From positions 1 through 53,326 of IMG/VR virus record IMGVR_UViG_3300031800_000537: 53,326 nucleotides of DNA; one strand, given 5' to 3'. Within the stretch, counting starts at the first letter, position 1. Every line of letters begins with the position of its first letter. The notes beneath the pieces were generated by a model. That model was not told where the DNA came from. It saw only the letters and a program-made list of their open reading frames with translations, and ran no database searches. The position numbers and the translations under genes were made by a program. Of the stretch, positions 9,000-17,992 are shown one piece after another. The stretch comes from a virus (taxonomy: Duplodnaviria > Caudoviricetes).

Positions 9000-9359
9000 T
9001 TATTTGCCCTTGTATGTTCTTTTTCCGGAGCGCTCAATTTTTCTCCAAGAACACTCATTGTAAAGAAATCTGCTGAGGGCATTCGCAAACACTGTCACGG
9101 ATCTTTCAGTCTTGTCCCAAAAAAATGCGTGGGCAAATTCGTGTATGCAGGTGTTTAGTTCTGATTGTTTTGTTAAATAGGGGTTAATGTATATGCGGGG
9201 TCTTTTATCGTCTGGAGCGTAACACACGCCGTCTGCTTCGTCGTAGTGTTTACCGTGGGGCTTCTTAAATAGAACAACATACTCTATGCCTTTAGAGTTC
9301 TTAAAGGTGAAGAGCTTATCATCTTTTTTCTTTGCTCGTTTTTTCTTCTTGGCTGCCAT
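9000..9359 (-). CDS. zincin-like metallopeptidase-domain protein
   Basis: IYINP...CIHEFAHA (HExxH). Confidence 0.6.
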   Translation of the reverse strand: MAAKKKKRAKKKDDKLFTFKNSKGIEYVVLFKKPHGKHYDEADGVCYAPDDKRPRIYINPYLTKQSELNTCIHEFAHAFFWDKTERSVTVFANALSRFLYNECSWRKIERSGKRTYKGK

Positions 9360-9364
9360 GCGTA

Positions 9365-9787
9365 TTATCTGAAAAGGGGTTTCTTTCTTCGTTTTTGCAT
9401 TCTTCGCTGCTGCTTGCCATATTTTTGCAGCTGTTTCTGGAGCGCCTCGTCACGGACATGAACAGTAGGCAACCATTTTTTAAGAACGTCGCAAACTTTT
9501 ATAAGCCAGTCAACGCATTCTTGGCTCACATCCTCATCGTGATCGAGCATTATCTCGTCTGGCACCCGAGTTTTAGAGAGAAAAGATTTAAAATGTTCTA
9601 GGGTCTGCGCTTGATAATAGTCAGCTTCAACGCTGTCTTTTTTGCAAAGGCAGAGCTTGTAATTAAGGTTCTGACCGCTCTTTCTACGCCGTCTCTCTCT
9701 CCAACCATGCAGTCGCACCATCTGGATCAACTCATCATTCGAGGCGTCTGGCTTTATTCGCCTTGTGTTTTTTTTCTTTTTTGGCAT
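9365..9787 (-). CDS. hypothetical protein, divergent cyclic-phosphate-processing receiver-like domain
   Basis: PDEIMLDHD...CVDWL...PTVHV resembles that family's LDHD motif. Confidence 0.4.
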   Translation of the reverse strand: MPKKKKNTRRIKPDASNDELIQMVRLHGWRERRRRKSGQNLNYKLCLCKKDSVEADYYQAQTLEHFKSFLSKTRVPDEIMLDHDEDVSQECVDWLIKVCDVLKKWLPTVHVRDEALQKQLQKYGKQQRRMQKRRKKPLFR

Positions 9788-10044
9788 TCTATCATCCTTT
9801 TCGTAAAATATTTTGCGAGTTTTTTGTCGAACTCTCTTATTTGAGCCGCTTCAAAGTGGCCTTTGTTTTCCAGATACTCCAGTCTTTTTTCTAGCCTCTC
9901 TAGCTTTTTTATGTCACCGTCATCGTCGCTTAGTTCCCAAGCCTCCTTCATCGCTTCTTCAGATTTGGCCTGCCACCAAGTCATAGACTCGTTTAATACT
10001 TCGACCTCTTTGGCTAGTTCGTCAAGTTCTTTATTGCTACTCAT
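9754..10044 (-). CDS. coiled-coil hypothetical protein
   Basis: 96-aa E/K-rich ORF. Confidence 0.6.
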   Translation of the reverse strand: MSSNKELDELAKEVEVLNESMTWWQAKSEEAMKEAWELSDDDGDIKKLERLEKRLEYLENKGHFEAAQIREFDKKLAKYFTKRMIECQKRKKTQGE

Positions 10045-10355
10045 AGTAAAAAATCAGAATTATCCTCCTCGTCGTCGAGTCTATTAGTAACTGTAATTAC
10101 GAATTTCTTATTCGCATCTTTTATCTCCACGCAGAAATCTTCATGCCCTATCTCTATTGACTTTTTTTTTAAAAATTTATAAAAACAATCATGACAAATA
10201 AAGCGGGTTTTGTCATTTATGGTTATGTTGAAGTAGACAAGCTTTTGAGCTCTGTAAAGAATATCGTAATCCCTCTTCGGGTAGGAGAGATGACATCTTT
10301 CGCATGATGCTTCACCCTTAATCTTGTAAGGGCGAATAACTGTGAGCTTAACCAT
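10041..10355 (-). CDS. hypothetical zinc-finger-like protein
   Basis: CERC and CHDC pairs; start set by GTGTAA-N8-ATG. Confidence 0.55.
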   Translation of the reverse strand: MVKLTVIRPYKIKGEASCERCHLSYPKRDYDILYRAQKLVYFNITINDKTRFICHDCFYKFLKKKSIEIGHEDFCVEIKDANKKFVITVTNRLDDEEDNSDFLL

Positions 10356-10359
10356 GTCA

Positions 10360-10512
10360 TTATTTACACCCGTCAACATCATCGCTTTCTCCTTTTTTGT
10401 AATAATGGTTAAAAATTTCGTCTGAATCTATCTCCGGCTCTCGGCCAAGATGTATCGCCACTAAAAAAGAACCAACAAACCAAAGTATCACTTCTAAGAT
10501 ATGAGCTTCCAT
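10360..10512 (-). CDS. small membrane peptide (50 aa)
   Basis: Hand-translated MEAHILEVILWFVGSFLVAIHLG... Confidence 0.4.
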   Translation of the reverse strand: MEAHILEVILWFVGSFLVAIHLGREPEIDSDEIFNHYYKKGESDDVDGCK

Positions 10513-10515
10513 TAT

Positions 10516-10677
10516 TTACCTTTCTTCTACGATAAGCTCTTCGCCCTTCTGCTGTATTTTTTTTCTATGTTTTTCCGCCATGGACTTGCCTTCCTCTGTA
10601 AACGGGAAGGCTCCATAGATGTAGCCATTCTTGTCGAGAATTACGTAAGCTTTTTCTTTATTTTTTATTTTCGGCAT
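10516..10677 (-). CDS. small hypothetical protein (53 aa)
   Basis: Hand-translated MPKIKNKEKAYVILDKNGYIYGAFPFT... Confidence 0.5.
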   Translation of the reverse strand: MPKIKNKEKAYVILDKNGYIYGAFPFTEEGKSMAEKHRKKIQQKGEELIVEER

Positions 10678-10846
10678 TTTTATGATTTTCTAAAAGTTCC
10701 CTGACTAATTTAAGGTGATACGTGATCCACCCGTCTCCATCGAGGGATCTGTCCCACTCAGGTTTGCTCGCCTCGATCTTATCGTCAATTTCGCTTTTTT
10801 CTATCACCTGATTAAGGAGATCGAGAGCTTGGTTTAAGTCCTTCAT
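10658..10846 (-). CDS. hypothetical protein
   Basis: 62-aa ORF behind TGGACT-N17-TATTAT. Confidence 0.55.
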   Translation of the reverse strand: MKDLNQALDLLNQVIEKSEIDDKIEASKPEWDRSLDGDGWITYHLKLVRELLENHKNAENKK

Positions 10847-10893
10847 CTAGCTACTATAATAGATGAATTCTGACATAAAGTCCAGAACTTTTG

Positions 10894-11214
10894 TTATTTT
10901 AGTAATTCTGGGAGATCCTCAAACGAGGACCGCAGAAAAATACTCTCTCTAAGCGGGGATTTTGGGTCAACCATTTGCTCCATTGAAAAACCCTCTGCTT
11001 CCGCCCACATCCATTTCCTGACATCTATCACGAAGCTTTCTATCTTAGCTTTGCCCTCTCCTGCTCCACACATGCCAATGGCAGCAACCTTTTCGTTTTC
11101 CCTGTTTACGAGTAAAAATAGTTGCTTTTCGCACTCGACAATCTCGATTTCAAACCCTAAAACTCTACAGCGGGTTCTGCACATGTTGGCCTTGGCTTTC
11201 AGTAGATGATTCAC
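10894..11214 (-). CDS. hypothetical protein
   Basis: 106-aa ORF; GTG start 8 nt after GTGTAA. Confidence 0.6.
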   Translation of the reverse strand: MNHLLKAKANMCRTRCRVLGFEIEIVECEKQLFLLVNRENEKVAAIGMCGAGEGKAKIESFVIDVRKWMWAEAEGFSMEQMVDPKSPLRESIFLRSSFEDLPELLK

Positions 11215-11278
11215 ACAATAAATTACACAATCATTTATTTCTTATGAAAATAAAGAATGACGGGCTATAATAGGAAAG

Positions 11279-11830
11279 ATGAAACATGTTCCAAAGTGGT
11301 TAAGGCACCCCCTCTGGCTAGTGGCTGTTATTTTGTTCGTATGGTATATCTCTTTCGGCTATAAATATGGATTTATTTACAGTCAAGGTATTAGCATGCA
11401 ACCCACCATTGAGAACGGGGAGTGGATTATAATGCAGAAAAGATCTGCCATGGGGGAAGGGTGGACGCCAGACAGATACGACGTCGTTATTGTTAACGAC
11501 GCAGGGTCTGGGGAAAGTCTTTCTAAAAGAATTATAGGTTTACCCGGCGATACCATAGAGGTTAGGGAAGGAATTATATATTTAAATAAAAGAGAATTAA
11601 AAGACCCATTTGGAAGGGGGAAAATACTGATCTATCTTGTTGATGAGAACGGTAACAACTTAAGATATTGGGACGGGCCAGAGGAGGGGGAGCCGGTCAT
11701 AGAATTAACAAGCCACAAGGAAGAAAAAATTGAGAAGGGGTGCGTGTGGCTTATTGGCGACAACAGGTCAGAGTCTTGGTACGGTATATTACCAATAAAA
11801 GACATAAAAGGACTAGCGGTGATCTTTTGA
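11279..11830 (+). CDS. lepB: signal peptidase I
   Basis: N-terminal TM; SMQPT (catalytic Ser), KRIIGLPGD (catalytic Lys), GDNRSES. Confidence 0.92.
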   Translation: MKHVPKWLRHPLWLVAVILFVWYISFGYKYGFIYSQGISMQPTIENGEWIIMQKRSAMGEGWTPDRYDVVIVNDAGSGESLSKRIIGLPGDTIEVREGIIYLNKRELKDPFGRGKILIYLVDENGNNLRYWDGPEEGEPVIELTSHKEEKIEKGCVWLIGDNRSESWYGILPIKDIKGLAVIF

Positions 11831-12042
11831 AAAATGATATAGACAGGCTAGTTTTGAACGGAATGGTGGTAGAAATATACTACGACAAGGACGGGTACTG
11901 GGAAGGGGATAAAATTTACATATACGACTGCACGGAGGAACTCCCAGAGGAAGAGGCCAACGCTATGGTAGATTATCTATATCAAGAAGGGTTTGTGATG
12001 GACAGGAGAACGAAAATGACAATCGTGAGGGGCGGGCTTTAA
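11827..12042 (+). CDS. acidic hypothetical protein
   Basis: C-terminal part of ORF 11740..12042; start uncertain. Confidence 0.5.
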   Translation: MKNDIDRLVLNGMVVEIYYDKDGYWEGDKIYIYDCTEELPEEEANAMVDYLYQEGFVMDRRTKMTIVRGGL

Positions 12043-12236
12043 ATAATATAGAAGGGGCCGTTGTCCCACTTCTCCCAATCTTCACACTCGCATGCTTTCG
12101 CCTTTTTTAAGCGAGAGTGGCATACCGCCAAACGCTGCTTGTGATCCGGAAATTCTTTTTTCATTTTTTCGCTACTCATGCAGCTAGAGACGAAAGAGCT
12201 TTTCTTCTGGTTTCCTTTTGGTGATGGTAGCGGCAT
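12039..12236 (-). CDS. small hypothetical protein
   Basis: MPLPSP...FVSSCM...EFPDHKQRLAVC, a pattern recalled from phage proteins. Confidence 0.6.
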   Translation of the reverse strand: MPLPSPKGNQKKSSFVSSCMSSEKMKKEFPDHKQRLAVCHSRLKKAKACECEDWEKWDNGPFYII

Positions 12237-12239
12237 TTT

Positions 12240-12515
12240 TTATTCCTCTGTCCAAACGAACCCACCCCTGCTTGCGTCGAAGACCTTTCTTCTGACTTTG
12301 GGGGCTTCCTCTGGTGGGGAAGGCTCCTCTTTTTCAGCGGTGGCGAAATAAGCCTTACTGCGTCCTTTGGGGTTATCGTGACAATCACAAGAGCATTTGT
12401 CTAAGTTGCATAAACCCACTTTACAGAGCCAGTGTTTGAATTTTATCCACCATTTACCGTGGTCCGGATCTTTTTTAGGGAACTTGCCTGTTCCTGAACT
12501 CCATGTGCTGCTCAT
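12240..12515 (-). CDS. hypothetical Cys-containing protein
   Basis: 91 aa; GTGTAA-N8-ATG upstream. Confidence 0.55.
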   Translation of the reverse strand: MSSTWSSGTGKFPKKDPDHGKWWIKFKHWLCKVGLCNLDKCSCDCHDNPKGRSKAYFATAEKEEPSPPEEAPKVRRKVFDASRGGFVWTEE

Positions 12516-12523
12516 AAGGTAAA

Positions 12524-13090
12524 TTACACAAGAGTTATAAAAGCGTCCTCGTAAAAATCAAATATCATTACTACCCTGTCCTTCTTCGTGTTGTTTTGCG
12601 CTTCGTGTTCGATGGTGTCGTCAAATATAAGTAGCTCCCCTTCTCTCCAAGTCTTCGTTTCCCCTCCTACCCTTAACCAGCAATCCTTTTCGGGAATTAT
12701 CACTCCGTCTTTAGTGGGCTTTGGTACAGACAGGGCTAGATGGGATCGTATGATTCGATTATCTGCAATATAACCAGTATGGGGGTATATGTGCGCGCCA
12801 GCCCTGAGCCAGCTAAACCCGACTCCATGAAGGTGGCTCTGGTCTATTTCACTGATTAATGAGGTGGTCTCAGGGTAATCAGAGGGAGAGTTGAAAAGAA
12901 ACCTCCCATCTGCGTAAAGAACGCGAACCATCCATTTTCCATTATGAATTACCTCTGGGGCATCTTTGGTAACTGCCCAAGGGTGGAACTTTCTGCTGCC
13001 AAACTCATTAAATTCCTTGAGCGCCGTGGGGTAGATTTTAGTAATTAAATCAGCGTGCTTTAATTTTTTAGCATTTATAAACATAAACAA
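12524..13090 (-). CDS. aspartyl/asparaginyl beta-hydroxylase family dioxygenase
   Basis: FSWL...IYPHTG, RSHLAL, WREGELLIFDDTIEHEAQN, DRVV. Confidence 0.88.
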   Translation of the reverse strand: MFMFINAKKLKHADLITKIYPTALKEFNEFGSRKFHPWAVTKDAPEVIHNGKWMVRVLYADGRFLFNSPSDYPETTSLISEIDQSHLHGVGFSWLRAGAHIYPHTGYIADNRIIRSHLALSVPKPTKDGVIIPEKDCWLRVGGETKTWREGELLIFDDTIEHEAQNNTKKDRVVMIFDFYEDAFITLV

Positions 13091-13103
13091 ATACTACCAC
13101 ATA

Positions 13104-13170
13104 AAGGGGGAAACGCAACGCGCACCCGCAAGCACGCGCTGCGTCGTTACTCCACCTTGGTCATCCCCTT
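13104..13170 (-). other. GC-rich intergenic stem-loop (terminator or structured leader)
   Basis: 13-bp arms at 13113-13125 and 13132-13144 that pair with G-U only on the minus strand; outer AAGGGG/CCCCTT arms. Confidence 0.5.
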
Positions 13171-13211
13171 GGCACCCAATAATCTTTTTTAGAAAGATTA
13201 GGCGTGGAAAT

Positions 13212-13364
13212 TTATTTTTTGCACACGCAATCGCAATCGACAACTGAGCAACTGTCGGATGAACAACAGCCTGCCTCGCAGGAACAGTCCGGACATCCGG
13301 AATTTCCCCAGTTACAGCCGATTACAAAAGCGCCAGCAAACAAAATTACTACTAATTTTTTCAT
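13212..13364 (-). CDS. 50-aa Cys-rich putative lipoprotein
   Basis: Hand-translated MKKLVVILFAGAFVIGC-NWGNSGCPDCSCEAGCCSSDSCSVVDCDCVCKK. Confidence 0.65.
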   Translation of the reverse strand: MKKLVVILFAGAFVIGCNWGNSGCPDCSCEAGCCSSDSCSVVDCDCVCKK

Positions 13365-13370
13365 TTTTTA

Positions 13371-14306
13371 TTATTTTCTATGGTGAATTACACGCAGCCT
13401 GAATGGAAACATCTTTTTAGTCGCCTCTTTTTTTGCATCTTTAGCCTCTTCTTTTTCTTTCGGAGTGTTTTCGATGGGCATTTCCTTTAGCTCGGCTTCC
13501 GTGGGCATTGGTACGTTTTTATCTAGGGCCCACATCATTTTGTTCTCTTGGCAGTACTCGACCATCCTGCGTATAGGTACGATTAAATTGAACCCTTCTC
13601 CTGCTCCTCTAACCAACATTCCTACATATCTGGCGTCATTTTTTAAATATACTCCACCGCCACTAGAGCCCGGAAACGCCGTACAAGTAGTCTGGTCGAA
13701 GATGCGCTTGTTTAAATCTTTTAAAATTCTACCGTGTTGTGAGTAAATCCCGTCTGTCATGCTATTCGCCCCCATTTGGCCTAGCAGGGAACCAACGTGT
13801 AGGAGATCCGTGCCCAACGAGGGGATCTTTTCGTCCAAATAAAATACCACGCTGTCGTGTACGAAATTAAGCTTACGAACACGCAACAGCGCAAGATCGT
13901 GGCCATCTTCACTTTCCGAATACTTCAGTACTTCCGCGTCCATCTGAAGACGACCAACGGTTCTGCCGTTTTGGCGAATCTCTTTAATGATTACAGGATC
14001 TTTAAAATGTACGATAGTTTTATACGTACCATCAACTAGGATGCGCTTCGTGAGGCGGAGATTGTCTACGACATGAGCGGCGGTCCACACAAAATTTACT
14101 AAGTTCCCTTCCGAGTCTTTTCGGGTAAAAATTACCCCTGACCCCTCTCCGGCCATAAAGCCGGACTCGGCTCGGATTGTAACAGAGACGTTCTGGAGGT
14201 GTTCTGCTGTCGATTGCTTCTTTTCAGGAGCAAATTGCTTCTTTTCTACCGCAAGCGAAGAAATCGCGAGGGAGAAACCTAGGATTAGGGTTCCAAGTAC
14301 TTTCAT
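13371..14306 (-). CDS. secreted trypsin-like serine protease
   Basis: Signal peptide; GSG, TAAHV, DLALL, PGSSGGG. Confidence 0.88.
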   Translation of the reverse strand: MKVLGTLILGFSLAISSLAVEKKQFAPEKKQSTAEHLQNVSVTIRAESGFMAGEGSGVIFTRKDSEGNLVNFVWTAAHVVDNLRLTKRILVDGTYKTIVHFKDPVIIKEIRQNGRTVGRLQMDAEVLKYSESEDGHDLALLRVRKLNFVHDSVVFYLDEKIPSLGTDLLHVGSLLGQMGANSMTDGIYSQHGRILKDLNKRIFDQTTCTAFPGSSGGGVYLKNDARYVGMLVRGAGEGFNLIVPIRRMVEYCQENKMMWALDKNVPMPTEAELKEMPIENTPKEKEEAKDAKKEATKKMFPFRLRVIHHRK

Positions 14307-14394
14307 AAATGCCTAGTATATAATAAATGTTGAGAAAGGCTTTGTCTAAAGTTTTTTATTTAGCCCCTCTTTCCTTCTGTATAAATCGTCACAC

Positions 14395-14829
14395 TTATTG
14401 TTCTATCTTTTCGTTTATGCTGGAAGACGATCTTATTTTCTCCCCAAGTCCATCTATCATTTCAATGTTGTATTTTTTTGCAACCTTTGCCTCTGGTATC
14501 TCTCCCACCGCTCTGTCTCCGCCGTTAGCAAATACTATTTCACAGTCGGGGTAGGATAGTCTCAGGCTCTTAGCAAGCACCCCGAGAGACGAGCACACCG
14601 TTATATTGTCGTCTACGCTTAGAAACGGTAAGTCTACATATTTGATGGCTCCAATTATTTCCAGTCTGTCTTCCTCTCTTAGAAAGGCTCTGCCCTTCTT
14701 AATTTTTGCCTGTATGTCGTTGTTAACTATAACGACTAACTTGTCCCCAAGAGCTTTCGCAAGCTGAAACATTTCCAAATGTCCAACATGAATAGGATCA
14801 AAATACCCGCTGACTATTACAATTTTCAT
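14395..14829 (-). CDS. cytidylyltransferase-family nucleotidyltransferase
   Basis: SGYFDPIHVGH, FANGGDR, KIRSSS. Confidence 0.85.
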   Translation of the reverse strand: MKIVIVSGYFDPIHVGHLEMFQLAKALGDKLVVIVNNDIQAKIKKGRAFLREEDRLEIIGAIKYVDLPFLSVDDNITVCSSLGVLAKSLRLSYPDCEIVFANGGDRAVGEIPEAKVAKKYNIEMIDGLGEKIRSSSSINEKIEQ

Positions 14830-14836
14830 AATCCTT

Positions 14837-15037
14837 CTATCTCCAAATGTTTTTGTCTTCTTTTCTTTTCCTTCTCATGTAGTCGCGCTTTTGTTTTCTG
14901 CGCTTCGCTCTGTCTCTGGAATCGTATTTATCTTTAGCCCTCTTGGCTGCTTCTTTGCCCTTTTCGGATTCTAGATATTTTTTCTGCGACTCATATATGT
15001 CGTCCACCAACTTTTTTTTTCTTCTTTTTCTTTTCAT
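14837..15037 (-). CDS. small highly basic protein
   Basis: 66 aa, very K/R-rich; TATACT -10-like box upstream. Confidence 0.6.
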   Translation of the reverse strand: MKRKRRKKKLVDDIYESQKKYLESEKGKEAAKRAKDKYDSRDRAKRRKQKRDYMRRKRKEDKNIWR

Positions 15038-15045
15038 CTCTATAG

Positions 15046-15057
15046 TATATCGTCCAC
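15046..15057. repeat. TATATCGTCCAC motif copy
   Basis: Exact 12-mer also at 22800 and 29372; one-mismatch copy at 14996. Confidence 0.75.
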
Positions 15058-15081
15058 TTATTATTTTTTCTAAGTTTTTTA

Positions 15082-15158
15082 TGGTACCCCCGGAAGGACT
15101 CGAACCTTCGACCCTCTGTTTAGAAGACAGATGCTCTATCCAACTGAGCTACGAGGGC
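15082..15158 (-). tRNA. tRNA-Arg(UCU)
   Basis: GCCCTCG...TCTGT-CT-TCT-AA-ACAGA...GGTTCGAGTCC...ACCA, full cloverleaf. Confidence 0.95.
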
Positions 15159-15161
15159 GGC

Positions 15162-15235
15162 TGGAGCGGGTGGCGAGAATCGAACTCGCGTTATCAGCTT
15201 GGAAGGCTGGAGTAATACCATTATACGACACCCGC
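15162..15235 (-). tRNA. tRNA-Gly(UCC)
   Basis: GCGGGTG...CAGC-CT-TCC-AA-GCTG...GTTCGATTC...CACCCGCTCCA. Confidence 0.93.
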
Positions 15236-16114
15236 GGTTAATTCATGAGGCTTGACCCTAAGGATATTCCCTTTTCTGTCCGTTACCAAGATAAGCTCCT
15301 CGGGTTCGAATTTTCGCCAGTTTTCGACCCCGTCAGCAGTCACCGTTTCAGGTGAGTTTGTCCACGAGCCATCTTCACCACGCCACATGGGCCACGGGCA
15401 CTGCCTCTCAAAATTACTCTGGACGGCGGGTAAAACGGACACAAAATCTAAACGAACATACTCATAGCTAGAAAGATCAACATACCACAGGGCCGCATCG
15501 AAATCAATTGAAAGACCTCTGTGCTGAGGCATCCGAACAGGAATCTCTGGATCTTCCCAGAAGACGCCGCAAAGATCGAAAGGAAGACCTTTCTCTGTAA
15601 AAAAGTTCTCAACAGCTTCCCTGACTCCAAACAATGGGTTGTTGTAATCATGACCGGCAAAAATAGCGTCCTTTTTCAGCTTCGGAAACCAAGCGTTTAG
15701 ATCTTCTGTTACTGACTCATACGAATGGTCTGCGTCCAGAAAAACAAAATCCAAGGATTGATCTTCGTATAGTTTAGCGGCCTCAACAGAGGGCTTCCTT
15801 ATAGGGTTGATTACATGTTTAACGCGTTTAGTATTTTTCAAAAAAAGATCGTAAAGCTTTCCTTTCTTAATTACGTCCATCTCTTTGTGGTTTGCTCCGT
15901 CTTCGCTCCCCTCCCAAGTATCCACGCAATCGAATTTAATATTCTTTTTGCTGTTTATGATATTTACAGCCATCTGAACCGAACTGCGACCAGCCCATGA
16001 CCCCACCTCTACAAAGTGCGCTCCGTCTTTATTGTATTTGACGACCTCTCTGTAAAGCTGGTCGTCGCTAGGTCCGCCCCACCATCCTTCTATTTTCTCA
16101 TAAAAATGTTTCAC
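15221..16114 (-). CDS. class I SAM-dependent methyltransferase (Methyltransf_24-like)
   Basis: VEVGSWAGRS, VDTW, DFVFLDADHSYE, AGHDY. Confidence 0.88.
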   Translation of the reverse strand: MKHFYEKIEGWWGGPSDDQLYREVVKYNKDGAHFVEVGSWAGRSSVQMAVNIINSKKNIKFDCVDTWEGSEDGANHKEMDVIKKGKLYDLFLKNTKRVKHVINPIRKPSVEAAKLYEDQSLDFVFLDADHSYESVTEDLNAWFPKLKKDAIFAGHDYNNPLFGVREAVENFFTEKGLPFDLCGVFWEDPEIPVRMPQHRGLSIDFDAALWYVDLSSYEYVRLDFVSVLPAVQSNFERQCPWPMWRGEDGSWTNSPETVTADGVENWRKFEPEELILVTDRKGNILRVKPHELTAGVV

Positions 16115-17079
16115 TCTACCACTGCCCTTCCCTTGTCTCCTTCCCAGTCTCTCTCTGGCCTGTCTACCTCTAAGTTTCTGGTGATGGCTGCGTCAATTAT
16201 GTAGCTCGTCATTCCTGCGTCAATCATCTGGGTAAGCAGGGCTTCCATGTCTTTCGGGAAACAGGTGCCTCCAAACCCCCTTTTTCCGTCTGGGCCGGGA
16301 ACCATGGTATGGCTTTCAGACACTCTGTCGTCAAGGCATACTAGTTCTCTCACTAGGTCATACGACACGCCTTTCTTTCTACAGAACTCTTCTAGTTCGT
16401 TAAAAAATGAAACCTTTGTGGCTAGGAAACAGTTTTTCATGTCCTTGCACATTTCTGCAACGTCTGACGGCGCAAAATGCACCACAGGTGGATTTGAGAG
16501 CCTCTCGTTTTTGAACGCCAGCTTGAGGAGAAGTATTACTTTTTCTTTGAAGTCGAGATTGTTGGGATCATATGTTCCAACCACCCAGTCTTTGCTTTGT
16601 TTGACATCTTCAACCCAGTTTTTTTCAGTTAAAAATTCCGGCATGAAGTTAACACCGTGCTCCTTACAGAACCCCACTGGAACCGTAGACCTAACTATGA
16701 TGGGGGTGTCGCCAACGTTATCTTTTAGTTTTTGGATAACACTTTCTACTATGCCCGTATGGCAGCGGCCATTTTTCTCCATCGGGGTTGGGACGCTAAC
16801 AAAAATGAGGTTAGCATTTTTAAGGTCTGATATGTCTGGACAATATATACTGTTGCTTCCTGTGAAATCTTCGTCCTTGATTTCCCTAACGTCATGGATA
16901 AGAACCCTAACATTCTCGCATCCGAGGAGGCTGGTGGCTTTTCCTACATATCCATAACCAACTATGCCTATGCTCATGTTTTTGGCAACAAGGTGTCTTT
17001 TTTTCTTCAATATAGCTTTTTTTTCTTTTTCTAGCTTAGAAATCTCGTCTGCCGTGGGGCTCTCTTCAGTAGTTTGCAT
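16111..17079 (-). CDS. UDP-glucose/GDP-mannose 6-dehydrogenase family (lacks C-terminal domain)
   Basis: GYGYVG, SVPTP, RSTVPVG, PEFL, GFGGTCFPKD; start moved downstream of the terminator and promoter. Confidence 0.85.
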   Translation of the reverse strand: MQTTEESPTADEISKLEKEKKAILKKKRHLVAKNMSIGIVGYGYVGKATSLLGCENVRVLIHDVREIKDEDFTGSNSIYCPDISDLKNANLIFVSVPTPMEKNGRCHTGIVESVIQKLKDNVGDTPIIVRSTVPVGFCKEHGVNFMPEFLTEKNWVEDVKQSKDWVVGTYDPNNLDFKEKVILLLKLAFKNERLSNPPVVHFAPSDVAEMCKDMKNCFLATKVSFFNELEEFCRKKGVSYDLVRELVCLDDRVSESHTMVPGPDGKRGFGGTCFPKDMEALLTQMIDAGMTSYIIDAAITRNLEVDRPERDWEGDKGRAVVE

Positions 17080-17119
17080 TATATATAATAATATAGAGCA
17101 TAAGGGGTAAAAGTCAAAG

Positions 17120-17160
17120 AAAAAACCCGCCGCGCAAAGCCAACGAAACGCGACGGGTTT
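17120..17160 (-). terminator. intrinsic terminator
   Basis: CCCGTCGCG...CGCGGCGGG followed by TTTTTT on the minus strand; a TTGACT promoter follows immediately. Confidence 0.65.
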
Positions 17161-17254
17161 CATAAAGCGAACCTAGTTATTTATCACATACTGTCAGTGG
17201 CTCGCATTAATTATGACGGGGTGGCTGATGTTTAATTCAATCTCGCTTCGTCCT

Positions 17255-17992
17255 CTACTCAACTTGCTTACCGCCCTTGGGTAGCTTAATCTTCGGCTCG
17301 CCTTCCTCCTCATCCAGCTTCTTCATCTCTTTTTCTGCGTCGATCACGGTCATACCCGCGTCGCTGTACTCACCTTGACTGTATTCATCAGTGAAAATCT
17401 TAGTCGTCTCTAGCCCCATTTTCTTTTGTTCCTTAGCCTTTACTTTAGCTTGTTTCGCTCTTTCCTCGTCTCTCTTGGTTATGTCCTCTGGGAAGAGCGT
17501 CTTGTCAAAAAGAAAGTCCCTGAGGTGGCCGACAGTTTGTATCTTATTAAAATCCATCAGCGTGTTGTCTATCTCCACACCGTATTTATCTTCTAGATCG
17601 AGAAGCATCTCGATGGCCTCAAGCGAATCCAAATCAAGATCCTCCTTGAGTTTAGACTTCAGGGTGACTTTCACCCCCTCTTTCGCCACGTTTAACGAAA
17701 TTTCCTCCTTAAGCACCTTAGTGAAAAGCTTCTTGTCGGGACAGAGGCCCATTTTTTCCTTGCCAGACGCGGCATGTTTTGCCTTCTTATCTGCAATAAT
17801 CTGACCCTTGTTTACCACCTTACCCGCCTCCGCGCTAGTGCCCTTCTTGCCTGTCATCCCTTTGCGCGCACCGTAAATGATGTCATCTGGCCACGTGCTG
17901 GGGTCAGAACTGTCTACCACTGGCTTGTGGCTAACAACATTACGGGACACCTTGTTTCCTAATTTTACTGGTTTCTTTTTTTTAGGTTTCAT
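17255..17992 (-). CDS. acyl carrier protein domain with long charged N- and C-terminal extensions
   Basis: LKEDLDLDSLEAIEMLLDLEDKYGVEI...IQTVGHL, phosphopantetheine Ser in DSL. Confidence 0.85.
   Translation of the reverse strand: MKPKKKKPVKLGNKVSRNVVSHKPVVDSSDPSTWPDDIIYGARKGMTGKKGTSAEAGKVVNKGQIIADKKAKHAASGKEKMGLCPDKKLFTKVLKEEISLNVAKEGVKVTLKSKLKEDLDLDSLEAIEMLLDLEDKYGVEIDNTLMDFNKIQTVGHLRDFLFDKTLFPEDITKRDEERAKQAKVKAKEQKKMGLETTKIFTDEYSQGEYSDAGMTVIDAEKEMKKLDEEEGEPKIKLPKGGKQVE

Noticed and set aside
15012-15020. Homopolymer runs as phase-variation tracts
   Set aside because: They encode poly-Lys in intact frames, and A/T runs are common throughout the window.
16247-16957. 236-aa plus-strand ORF
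   Set aside because: Antisense shadow of the well-supported nucleotide-sugar dehydrogenase; Ser/Phe-rich with no motifs. The same applies to 7762..8187, 17391..17804 and most short opposite-strand ORFs.
17080-17163. N-terminal extension of the dehydrogenase ORF
   Set aside because: It spans a terminator hairpin and a promoter, so the true start is downstream.
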